The notes under the pieces: model-generated
Databases searched by the model: none
The model's input: the letters and a program-made list of their open reading frames with translations, nothing else
What the model was told of the DNA's origin: nothing
Origin: a virus
Reading direction: 5' to 3' (one strand)
Virus record (IMG/VR): IMGVR_UViG_3300008111_000001
DNA length: 64,000 bases
Position numbers and translations under genes: made by a program
Shown: piece after piece, positions 39,522-47,304 of the stretch
How positions within the stretch are numbered: position 1 is the first letter of the stretch
How the letters are laid out: every line of letters starts with the position of its first letter

Positions 39522-40471
39522 TTATTGACCACAAGGTTGAAGGGAATATTGTAGAAATCGGCAATGTCTTTGAGAAGACCATCGTTTGCCATATCAATAA
39601 ATGCATTAGCATACATAGTAGATAGGTGTTCATCTGAAACAGATTCGTTAAGTTGAACCAAAAACTTATCTGGATCAGTAATGTAAGTATCATCAATCAA
39701 ATCTTGATTAATAGGAAGGTTAAGCTTTTCGCCCAAATGCTTGTAAATTAGTCTGTCAACATTTAAGCAAAAGAGTGAAATGTTGACACTGGAAAGATAG
39801 AATGTTTTAACATGATCAAAAGAATATTCCATTTTAAGAATATCAAAAAGTTCTTTGAGAACATTTTCGTCAGGATCAGTACTAGAAAAAATTTTGTTCA
39901 TCATTGAAAGATAACGAAGTCTTTGAAGTATAAGAGCTTCTTTATGATTGAACATTTGAATTTTAGAAAAGTCTCCATTGGTTAAAGTATTGAGAACAAT
40001 GGAGATAGATTTCATGTAAGAAGGAGCCTGAATCTTTTGATAATAAGCTGCAGTAGCCTCATGGAAGCTAGCAGCAAGCTTTACCTTTTGTTCGTCAATA
40101 GGAGAATTATTATCTAAAGAAATTTCATCTACAAATTTCTTAGCAGAAGAAATAAAATCTTCTACATTTTTATTTCTATTGGAAGATGATGGAGCGTAAG
40201 CTTCAGATTGGAGTGAAACAGAAGAGGTATCTTCAGTATCTGTTTCTGGATCATAATCAAAAAGATCATCATCATTCTGAGGGTGATTCATCTTTCTTTG
40301 CAGCCTTTCTGTAGTATCTGCGCTTAGGATTAAGAAGTCTAAAGTTTTCAACTCTGGCCATTTGAACAAACTGTTTAGCTTTTTCAATGGTAAGATTAAG
40401 AAGATCGTTATCAAGATACTGTCTGATGAAATATAAACGCTGGCGATATATCGTGCCACCCCAAACGCCAT
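39518..40471 (-). CDS. hypothetical acidic/helical protein (likely start 40291)
   Basis: long ORF; the first 60 codons overlap WhiB in another frame. Confidence 0.7.
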   Translation of the reverse strand: MAFGVARYIASVYISSDSILITIFLILPLKKLNSLFKWPELKTLDFLILSADTTERLQRKMNHPQNDDDLFDYDPETDTEDTSSVSLQSEAYAPSSSNRNKNVEDFISSAKKFVDEISLDNNSPIDEQKVKLAASFHEATAAYYQKIQAPSYMKSISIVLNTLTNGDFSKIQMFNHKEALILQRLRYLSMMNKIFSSTDPDENVLKELFDILKMEYSFDHVKTFYLSSVNISLFCLNVDRLIYKHLGEKLNLPINQDLIDDTYITDPDKFLVQLNESVSDEHLSTMYANAFIDMANDGLLKDIADFYNIPFNLVVNK

Positions 40472-40733
40472 CGTAATTATATTTCATTGCTTCGTAAAGA
40501 CAGTCAACTTGAACAGGGCAAGCTGTGCACATGCCAATTGCTTTAACAGCAGAAGAAGCAGATTTTCTATCACTGTTGATGGAAAAGAAGTCCTCCATAG
40601 TAAGAGAACTATTTCTACACAAAGCCTTGTCTCTCCATTGAGAAGTCAAATCATCAAAACATTCATAAATATTGGCAACGTTTTTGGGGGAGCCCCTACG
40701 AGAAGTAACAGGAGAACCAGGATTAGAAGTCAT
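40272..40733 (-). CDS. whiB: WhiB-family Fe-S transcription factor
   Basis: WRDKALC..FF..A.GMCTACPVQVDCL..A..GVWGG. Confidence 0.92.
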   Translation of the reverse strand: MTSNPGSPVTSRRGSPKNVANIYECFDDLTSQWRDKALCRNSSLTMEDFFSINSDRKSASSAVKAIGMCTACPVQVDCLYEAMKYNYDGVWGGTIYRQRLYFIRQYLDNDLLNLTIEKAKQFVQMARVENFRLLNPKRRYYRKAAKKDESPSE

Positions 40734-41004
40734 TAAGTTCCGATCTAAAAACTATTGAAGATTTAATTTTTTCTAAAGAAGATAAAAGCTCAGAAGATAA
40801 AGATGATAAAACGGATAGCTCGTCTAGAAAATGAGAGACTTCATCAACAGATAGCTTGTTATTTTTATCGACAGCTTTGATTCTTTTTTGTATGCTCTGT
40901 ATCTTTCCATAAATGTCATGAGATTGCATGAGAATTGAAAGAACTGTGTTTATAGATTTGTTAAATGAAGAATACTCCTCATCAAAATATTGAAGTGGAT
41001 CCAT
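40723..41004 (-). CDS. hypothetical coiled-coil protein
   Basis: 93 aa; the A of its ATG is the terminal A of the tRNA-Ile CCA. Confidence 0.65.
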   Translation of the reverse strand: MDPLQYFDEEYSSFNKSINTVLSILMQSHDIYGKIQSIQKRIKAVDKNNKLSVDEVSHFLDELSVLSSLSSELLSSLEKIKSSIVFRSELNDF

Positions 41005-41078
41005 GGTACCCCCGGGTGGAATCGAACCACCTTTGAGACTTTATAAGAGTCTTGTCCTAACCAGTAGACGACGAGGGC
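41004..41078 (-). tRNA. tRNA-Ile(UAU)
   Basis: GCCCTCG/CGGGGGT acceptor, AGACT-CTTATAA-AGTCT anticodon arm, GGTGG-TTCGATT-CCACC T arm, A73 and encoded CCA. Confidence 0.88.
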
Positions 41079-41089
41079 TAGCAAATGTT

Positions 41090-41347
41090 TTAAATGCTAG
41101 CCTGGGATATTCGGTCGTCTTTGAAATAGATATATTTAACATTAGAAACAGAAACTCCACAACGGAAGTTTTCCTCTTTATTCCAATAATAATAAAAAGG
41201 TGCTTCTTCGTCAGGCCATTCTGCGTTATCATCAAAATATAGAAGCTCATCAAATTTAACAATGGAATTATCCATTAAAAATAGATAACCTGGTTTACGA
41301 TGAGAAACGATAGATGGATGATTAGGTGCGTCAGTAATAACAATCAT
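41090..41347 (-). CDS. hypothetical protein
   Basis: 85 aa ORF, operonic. Confidence 0.6.
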   Translation of the reverse strand: MIVITDAPNHPSIVSHRKPGYLFLMDNSIVKFDELLYFDDNAEWPDEEAPFYYYWNKEENFRCGVSVSNVKYIYFKDDRISQASI

Positions 41348-41556
41348 TGAGAAATACTTTCTTTAGCGTGAGCTAAAAATGAACCATATAAATACCTATT
41401 GTCGAGAAGAACACATTTAACATAATGGTTTTTCTCTTCTTTTAGTATAGAGATAATAGTGCGAAAATGCAAGTCAGCAGAAGGATTGTTTTGGATGTAT
41501 TGAACAAGCCATGCAATAGTTCTTTTGTAGGGTGTAGATTGGATAAAATTTTCCAT
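41344..41556 (-). CDS. hypothetical protein
   Basis: 70 aa ORF, operonic. Confidence 0.55.
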   Translation of the reverse strand: MENFIQSTPYKRTIAWLVQYIQNNPSADLHFRTIISILKEEKNHYVKCVLLDNRYLYGSFLAHAKESISQ

Positions 41557-41602
41557 TAGAAATTAAGCTTAGAGTGAGAATTAGTTAAATGAATAATCAT
41601 TA

Positions 41603-42079
41603 TTATTCCTCAGGAAGAAAAGATCTAAGTGCGATCTCTTCAGACTTATGAGATTGACTAGGGCAAAGCTCTAATATAGCAGCATTTACAATTGAAAAGT
41701 GCATATGGGCATCGTCGTTATCAATAGCACCTTCATGGATTCTATTGATAACATCGTCAGGTTGCATGCCGTCAATTAGTAAATCACACCACTGCTCACC
41801 AAATTCCATAACAACCTGATCAGAAACTGATGGAGTTCCTTGATAAAAGAACTCAACAGTTTTAATATAATCATTGTTTATAGTTCCAGTAAGAGATGGA
41901 ATAATTTGTGGAGGAGTAATAACCACGGTAACATTAGTGGGACGCATGGGCTTTACTGTAGTACTTGATTCGTTTTGTGTGACAGCGCAGCCAGTTAAAA
42001 GTATAATAGCTGCTATAAGAAAAAATATAAAAGCAACAGCGTAAAGAATTTTATTTAAAATAGAATCAACTTTGTTCAC
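41603..42079 (-). CDS. DUF732-like lipoprotein (paralogue 1)
   Basis: lipobox LLTGC; G..WCD.L..GM....VI.RI.EGA.DNDDA..IV.AA...LCP. Confidence 0.75.
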   Translation of the reverse strand: MNKVDSILNKILYAVAFIFFLIAAIILLTGCAVTQNESSTTVKPMRPTNVTVVITPPQIIPSLTGTINNDYIKTVEFFYQGTPSVSDQVVMEFGEQWCDLLIDGMQPDDVINRIHEGAIDNDDAHMHFSIVNAAILELCPSQSHKSEEIALRSFLPEE

Positions 42080-42563
42080 TATGAACTTCCTGGTTAGCTA
42101 AATAATTTTTCATTTTATAAATGGCGAGAACGATGCTATCGACAATAGCACCTTCGGGATTCATCTGAACTTCTTCAATGGGTTGGCCCATAATCTGATA
42201 TGAATTTAGAATACTTTCACCATTAAGATAAGTGAAAGAACGAACTCGCATTTTTTCAGGATGCTGAGAAGGACGAGTATACTCACCGGTATACTTATCA
42301 GGCTCCTCATAAGGCGCTGCCCATCCATGGACTACATACATAGCTTTACCATGGTAGCCATGGACGACAAGCGTTGGAATTAAATCATATGGATCTCCAT
42401 AAGAGTCTTCAACACACTGCCATTCAGATTGATCGTCATTCCAAAACCAAACGGAAGCGGGACTATCCCATCCATCTGTTTTAGTATAGCAATCAGAAAA
42501 TGCGTGGAAGATATCCAATAGAGTATTCATATAATTATCCTTTAGATATCTACATTCGGACAA
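42066..42563 (-). CDS. hypothetical protein
   Basis: 165 aa ORF, operonic. Confidence 0.7.
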   Translation of the reverse strand: MSECRYLKDNYMNTLLDIFHAFSDCYTKTDGWDSPASVWFWNDDQSEWQCVEDSYGDPYDLIPTLVVHGYHGKAMYVVHGWAAPYEEPDKYTGEYTRPSQHPEKMRVRSFTYLNGESILNSYQIMGQPIEEVQMNPEGAIVDSIVLAIYKMKNYLANQEVHSEQS

Positions 42564-42991
42564 AAGTATAAAATAGCTGATGAAACAATTGCACGCTGAA
42601 GAGCAGCGTCGTCGTTATCAACTGCGCCTTCATTAATACGTTCTTCAATATCTGATGATTTCATACCAAGATTAATGGCATCGCACCATAAGAGGCCGTA
42701 ACCTACAATATCTTGATCAGATAATGGAGTGAAAGAGCTACCATATATCTGCTTAGTTTTTGCAAGGAAATAGACTTGCAGTTCTTCTCCGGATATGCCA
42801 ACAGGTAGATCTTCCAAAGAAGGAACTGCAGTAGTAGTCGGAGCAGAGTTAGTTAAAGTGTTAAGAGGGGTAAGGCTGGTAGTAGTAGTAGATGAATTGA
42901 CAGAGTCAATAGAGGTTAAAAATAAAAGAGCCATTGTTGTAACAACAGTGGCAAAGAACAATGGAAATATAATAAAAAGATACTTTTTCAA
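42542..42991 (-). CDS. DUF732-like membrane-anchored protein (paralogue 2)
   Basis: N-terminal TM, Thr linker, GLLWCDAINLGM..RINEGAVDNDDA..IVSSAILYFCP. Confidence 0.75.
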   Translation of the reverse strand: MKKYLFIIFPLFFATVVTTMALLFLTSIDSVNSSTTTTSLTPLNTLTNSAPTTTAVPSLEDLPVGISGEELQVYFLAKTKQIYGSSFTPLSDQDIVGYGLLWCDAINLGMKSSDIEERINEGAVDNDDAALQRAIVSSAILYFCPNVDI

Positions 42992-43002
42992 TTCCTTATC
43001 CT

Positions 43003-43416
43003 TTAAAGGGGAAAGTTAAGAGAAATATATTCTGCGTTTGCTATATGAGAACGACACAGAGTTGTAGTAGCAGCTATGGCGATGGAAAAATCAATTCGTC
43101 GTTGATGAGCATCTGTGCCAGCTTCATTGATTCTTTCTACAATATCTTTATCTGTCATTCCTTCGTCCATTAATTGACACAAAAGATAACCAGTTTCAAG
43201 CATTATAATCTTTTGTTCGGGACTAGGATTAATAGAATAATAATATTCTGCGTCATCAAAAAAAGCATACTCTACAGGAGTATAGGTAATGTCTTCATAA
43301 GGAAGAGTATTAACAAAATTGCTAGATGTTGATGTATTGTTTAGAGTGGTTCCCTCCTCGCTGATTGCCCCCGACGAGCAACCAGCGAGGAGAAGAATCG
43401 AGAGAACTCGTTTCAT
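43003..43416 (-). CDS. DUF732-like lipoprotein (paralogue 3)
   Basis: lipobox LLAGC; GYLLCQLMDEGM..ERINEAG..A...LC. Confidence 0.75.
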   Translation of the reverse strand: MKRVLSILLLAGCSSGAISEEGTTLNNTSTSSNFVNTLPYEDITYTPVEYAFFDDAEYYYSINPSPEQKIIMLETGYLLCQLMDEGMTDKDIVERINEAGTDAHQRRIDFSIAIAATTTLCRSHIANAEYISLNFPL

Positions 43417-43832
43417 CAGAGTCCGTTGAACTTATAAGCTTGACTGGGGCAGAAGTTTGCCACTGCGGACAAAGCCACCAACTGAACAAACTCAAGGTCT
43501 CCACCAGCGTTTTCAATAGCCCATACAACCTCTTGTCCCGTCATTCCATCAAGCAGAGATTGACAAACCACTCGACCAGTCTCAATCATTTGGTCACGAC
43601 CAACATAGATAGTTCCCGAATAGTTGCTCTCGATGTCGTAGATAAACTCGTCTTCTTCTGTGTAGACAGGTTCAGGAGCAGGAGTTGCAATGGGTGCGTC
43701 AGTTGTCTTGACAACCGTGGTAGTTTTTTCGGGGCTATTGGGTACTTCGGTGTCTGTTACATAGACAGTTTTTGTTCCACCACATGCAGCAAGGGCGAGA
43801 ACAGTAATTGTTCCAATAATAATTCTTTTCAT
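43416..43832 (-). CDS. DUF732-like lipoprotein (paralogue 4)
   Basis: lipobox LAAC; GRVVCQSLLDGMT..VALSAVANFCP. Confidence 0.78.
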   Translation of the reverse strand: MKRIIIGTITVLALAACGGTKTVYVTDTEVPNSPEKTTTVVKTTDAPIATPAPEPVYTEEDEFIYDIESNYSGTIYVGRDQMIETGRVVCQSLLDGMTGQEVVWAIENAGGDLEFVQLVALSAVANFCPSQAYKFNGL

Positions 43833-43950
43833 TTTGTTTTATCCTTTCAAGATAAAGACAGTAGTCGTGCGGAGGATATGTGTCCACCAACATTATACAC
43901 GATTTTGTCGTTCCCACTCATCCAGTAAGTAGATGTTGGCTACTGTCTAG

Positions 43951-44022
43951 AGCCGGATCTCAGGATTGAACTGAGGACCTACCGCTTACAAGGCGGTTGC
44001 TCTACCACTGAGCTAATCCGGC
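43951..44022 (-). tRNA. tRNA-Thr(UGU)
   Basis: GCCGGAT/ATCCGGC acceptor, ACCGC-CTTGTAA-GCGGT anticodon arm. Confidence 0.95.
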
Positions 44023-44450
44023 TAGGAGACTATTTGTTATTGTTTTGTTTATCGTCAGTATTTTCGGGAGAAACCTTCGGTGAAGGGGGGTTTGGCTTCT
44101 TATTGCCTTTAAATACTTTTCTAAATTTGGCAAGTGACATATAATCTCCTAAAGTTTAGCTATTGCAAGAACGCTGCAGTTCTATTATAAATATTACTTT
44201 CGCCCTAGGCTTCTTCATATATTTAACAGGATTTACGCATTTTGCAATAGCAGGGAAATATTGTAGACTGCATTTCCACAACTCTTGATTAGTCTTTATA
44301 AAAAAGAAAATCTCATGTGGGTGTGGCATCGAATATTTCCAAAGTTAAGGATGCCATTATGATGCGAGCGCCCCGTAGTAGGCTCAACCGTGCAATAGTA
44401 GTTGTGTTTACTTGCGCTCTTATTTTTTTTGATATCATAATAGCATCCAG

Positions 44451-44524
44451 TGGGACGAGCAGGAATTGAACCCGCGACCCGGGGATTATGAGTCCCATGC
44501 TCTAACCAACTGAGCTATCGTCCC
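44451..44524 (-). tRNA. tRNA(CAU), elongator Met or Ile2
   Basis: GGGACGA/TCGTCCC acceptor, CTCATAA loop; paired G1-C72, so not initiator. Confidence 0.9.
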
Positions 44525-44594
44525 ATGAAATACAGATTCCATGTCTCTGCATAAGATTAATCTGCAAAAGAACAGTATGAATTTTTAATAACAT

Positions 44595-44786
44595 TTATTG
44601 CATTGAGGCGAGCATATCTGTAAGATACTCAGATTCATTTTTAAATACTTCAATATCATATTTAATGTGTTCACGAATCTGAGGAGATAAATTATCAAGA
44701 GCTTGAGAAATTGTATCTACCATAACACGGATGTTGGTAATTTGCTCTTGTTCTTGCTGAGTGATTACAAAAATGGAATCAGGCAT
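44595..44786 (-). CDS. hypothetical protein
   Basis: 63 aa helical ORF. Confidence 0.6.
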   Translation of the reverse strand: MPDSIFVITQQEQEQITNIRVMVDTISQALDNLSPQIREHIKYDIEVFKNESEYLTDMLASMQ

Positions 44787-44991
44787 TTTGAATTTTTCCT
44801 GTTATTACTTTGTACATTCTAATATCAAGTTCTTCAATAGGAAGAACATCATCCATATCGTCATCGTCAAATTCTACACCAACATAAAGCTGGTCACGAA
44901 GGACTCGATTAATGAGCTTAACAGCATCATGATCGTCCTGGAATTCTCCAGGAATATGCATAACAAGATCTAAGTTTACTTTAACTTTCAT
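44779..44991 (-). CDS. hypothetical acidic protein
   Basis: 70 aa, AAGGAG RBS. Confidence 0.65.
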   Translation of the reverse strand: MKVKVNLDLVMHIPGEFQDDHDAVKLINRVLRDQLYVGVEFDDDDMDDVLPIEELDIRMYKVITGKIQNA

Positions 44992-45144
44992 ACAGTTAGC
45001 TCCTTTGAAGATTCTTGGTCAAGCATGATATGCAAACGAATGTCTAAAAGTAGGTCTGTCATTTCATCAGTAGAAATAAGTTTTCTACCAGAAATTTCAT
45101 TGATTGCTTTATCAACAAGATCTGTTATTTGTTTGACTGTAGAA

Positions 45145-45327
45145 CTATTCATTTTCATACCATTCAGTTGCTAGTTGGACAGCTGGGTCATAGTTATCCC
45201 AAGTGTCATCGTCACCAGTTTGTATTCCATATGGAACAACACCGGTTTGACATAAATAATTAAAAGCTTCTTCGATGAGCTTATTCTGCTCATCTTCAGG
45301 TAAATTGATAAATTCCTTTTTGTTCAT
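45145..45327 (-). CDS. hypothetical protein (MNKKEFINLP...), starting 2 nt after tRNA-Lys
   Basis: 3' part of track ORF 45145-45474; the upstream part runs through tRNA genes and is not credible. Confidence 0.6.
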   Translation of the reverse strand: MNKKEFINLPEDEQNKLIEEAFNYLCQTGVVPYGIQTGDDDTWDNYDPAVQLATEWYENE

Positions 45328-45329
45328 AG

Positions 45330-45402
45330 TGCCCCCTGCAGGGCTCGAACCTGCGACCAATGGATTAAAAGTCCACTGCTCTACCAACTGAGCTAAAGGG
45401 GC
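45330..45402 (-). tRNA. tRNA-Lys(UUU)
   Basis: GCCCCTT/AGGGGGC acceptor, GTGGA-CTTTTAA-TCCAT anticodon arm. Confidence 0.95.
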
Positions 45403-45447
45403 AGGGCGGGCAGCGGAGCCAGAAAGGAGTAGAACTCCGCTGCCCTG

Positions 45448-45520
45448 TGGGCCTGGTGGGTTTCGAACCCACACTGGAAGGATTTTAAGTCCTCTGCCTC
45501 TGCCGTTGGGCTACAGGCCC
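45448..45520 (-). tRNA. tRNA-Leu(UAA), short variable arm
   Basis: GGGCCTG/CAGGCCC acceptor, GAGGA-CTTAAAA-TCCTT arm; 73 nt type as in actinobacterial Leu(UAA). Confidence 0.9.
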
Positions 45521-45541
45521 GAGACCCTTGAAACCCTTAAA

Positions 45542-45766
45542 TCATTCCTGATAAGTAGGGAATGAATTAGGATCAGTAAGAAGATTGTGAATGCCAGTAT
45601 ACCAAGTAATAATATTATCCAACTTTTCTGAATCAATATTATTATCGTTAGGCATTGAGAGAACACTGTCGGAAACAATGTTCTTTGTAAATTTTAGAAG
45701 TTCAATAGTGTTTTGAATATTAGTGATATCCTCAACTTCTGAACCAATGATTACTGCAAGTGACAT
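45542..45766 (-). CDS. hypothetical protein
   Basis: 74 aa, AAGGA RBS. Confidence 0.6.
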   Translation of the reverse strand: MSLAVIIGSEVEDITNIQNTIELLKFTKNIVSDSVLSMPNDNNIDSEKLDNIITWYTGIHNLLTDPNSFPTYQE

Positions 45767-45822
45767 GATATTTTTCCTTATTGTTGTTTTGTTTGTTACC
45801 CCCTCTCTTGTCTTTGAATGTA

Positions 45823-46017
45823 CTAATCGATATCCTTGCCTTGGCGTATTTGGGCAAGAAGATTACTAGTTAAACAATCTAAGCAAAGACTTTTTTTAAA
45901 TCTGTTAGAATAATAGACTTCCTTACTTTTTAATGAACAATCAGAACATTGTCTGATCTTATTAAATGTCCTTGGAATATTGTCTGGAATTTTCATATAT
46001 TTTTGTAACCTGTTCAA
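45823..46017 (-). CDS. small Zn-finger protein (start uncertain)
   Basis: CSDC..CLDC. Confidence 0.45.
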   Translation of the reverse strand: MNRLQKYMKIPDNIPRTFNKIRQCSDCSLKSKEVYYSNRFKKSLCLDCLTSNLLAQIRQGKDID

Positions 46018-46417
46018 CTATATGATATGGAACAGAATGAAAATTATCATCATGCATTTGGGCTTTATAGTTATAAGAACCAAAAATTAAAACATCTCCA
46101 TAAACAGCATCAGTAACTGTTGCGCCAAAATAAGTAGAGAAAGAATATCTCAATAATTGAGTCGCAACATGATTAGCATAAAATATAGAATACTGCAATA
46201 GAGGATCAAAGCATATCAAAAAATCTGGATGGGGATGTATAATTTTTATTTTCTCTGAAGGGAAAACATATGAAAGAGCATTTTGATAAGTGTCGTGTAT
46301 AACATTTGGTACATATTTTATTGATGGAGATATATGTAAAGACTTTATCTTACCAGAACTATCATAAGATTCTGGAGATATGATTGGGTGAGGTAGATTA
46401 TACGGCACAAGAATCAC
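45962..46417 (-). CDS. hypothetical protein
   Basis: 151 aa, N.VAT.LL..VYGDVLIFG pattern. Confidence 0.6.
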   Translation of the reverse strand: MILVPYNLPHPIISPESYDSSGKIKSLHISPSIKYVPNVIHDTYQNALSYVFPSEKIKIIHPHPDFLICFDPLLQYSIFYANHVATQLLRYSFSTYFGATVTDAVYGDVLIFGSYNYKAQMHDDNFHSVPYHIVEQVTKIYENSRQYSKDI

Positions 46418-46832
46418 AGAGTGTTTTGCGCCAATAGGAAGAAGTTAATCTACCTGGTTCTCCACATTGTTCACAAGTATGTGAAGATAAATTTTCAGCG
46501 TTTGCAATAAGTATGCGAACAATATGAGAAGGAACATAATCATCTTTATGAAAAGATAAATCTATATAATATCTCAAAGTTCCAAATTTCTGTTTTATTT
46601 GAGCGATCTTATAATGAGGATCAATATATGATATTTGCTCGTTTAAATCAGAAATAATATAAATCCAACCTGGACCTATATCTAGAGACATAGGAAAATC
46701 AGGATTAAATCTTGACAATAAGTCAAGAATAGATTTATTATGGATATGTAATTGTTGACGTAAAGTTATAGAATCAACACGAGATAAATATGATTGCCAG
46801 TATTCTTCATGAGTCATGAGTGTGAGGTTCAT
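46398..46832 (-). CDS. conserved phage hypothetical protein
   Basis: GPGW..II..L..QIKQKFGTLRYY..S..TCEQCG.PG..W..TLC. Confidence 0.75.
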   Translation of the reverse strand: MNLTLMTHEEYWQSYLSRVDSITLRQQLHIHNKSILDLLSRFNPDFPMSLDIGPGWIYIISDLNEQISYIDPHYKIAQIKQKFGTLRYYIDLSFHKDDYVPSHIVRILIANAENLSSHTCEQCGEPGRLTSSYWRKTLCDSCAV

Positions 46833-47295
46833 CTTTCCAGGTAATCATATCAGTGTAGAATGATGAACCAATATTATCGTTTGTTGTAAAAACAACTCTA
46901 GATATTCCGGCTTCAGCTATTTCTTGCATACACCAAGAACATGGTCTAGCTAAAGCAGGAATATCTTTTGAACGTAGACGAGCAACATAGAGAGTTGCTC
47001 CTCGTACGTTACGTGTGTTTTTAAGAACCCGAATTTCGGCATGTGTGCTCACTCTGTTTGGAGGGGTGCTAGGTGAAATCTTTGGCATGTTTACATCAGC
47101 ACCCAATACTCTACCCGACTTAACAACCATAGCTGCAATACGAAAACGATATTGAGAAGTTGTAGCAATCTTAGCAGTAGCTGATAAAAAAGAAATATCG
47201 TTATTACTGAGTGTATCTTGAATGAAAAGATAATCAGTATAAGGATTATTTACTTGACGAGAATAATAGTTTGTAAACCTTGACATGTATTCCAT
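46807..47295 (-). CDS. CMP/dCMP-type zinc deaminase
   Basis: HAEIRVL..LYV..RPCSWC..AGISRVVF. Confidence 0.85.
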   Translation of the reverse strand: MEYMSRFTNYYSRQVNNPYTDYLFIQDTLSNNDISFLSATAKIATTSQYRFRIAAMVVKSGRVLGADVNMPKISPSTPPNRVSTHAEIRVLKNTRNVRGATLYVARLRSKDIPALARPCSWCMQEIAEAGISRVVFTTNDNIGSSFYTDMITWKDEPHTHDS

Positions 47296-47304
47296 TATAT
47301 CAGA

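Noticed and set aside
41003-41242. Plus-strand ORFs overlapping tRNAs (also 44313-44498 on -, 58067-58282 on +, and the 5' part of 45145-45474)
   Set aside because: They translate tRNA sequence; the cloverleaf explains the region
44451-44524. Possible initiator tRNA-fMet
   Set aside because: G1-C72 is paired and the anticodon stem lacks the G29-G30-G31 run
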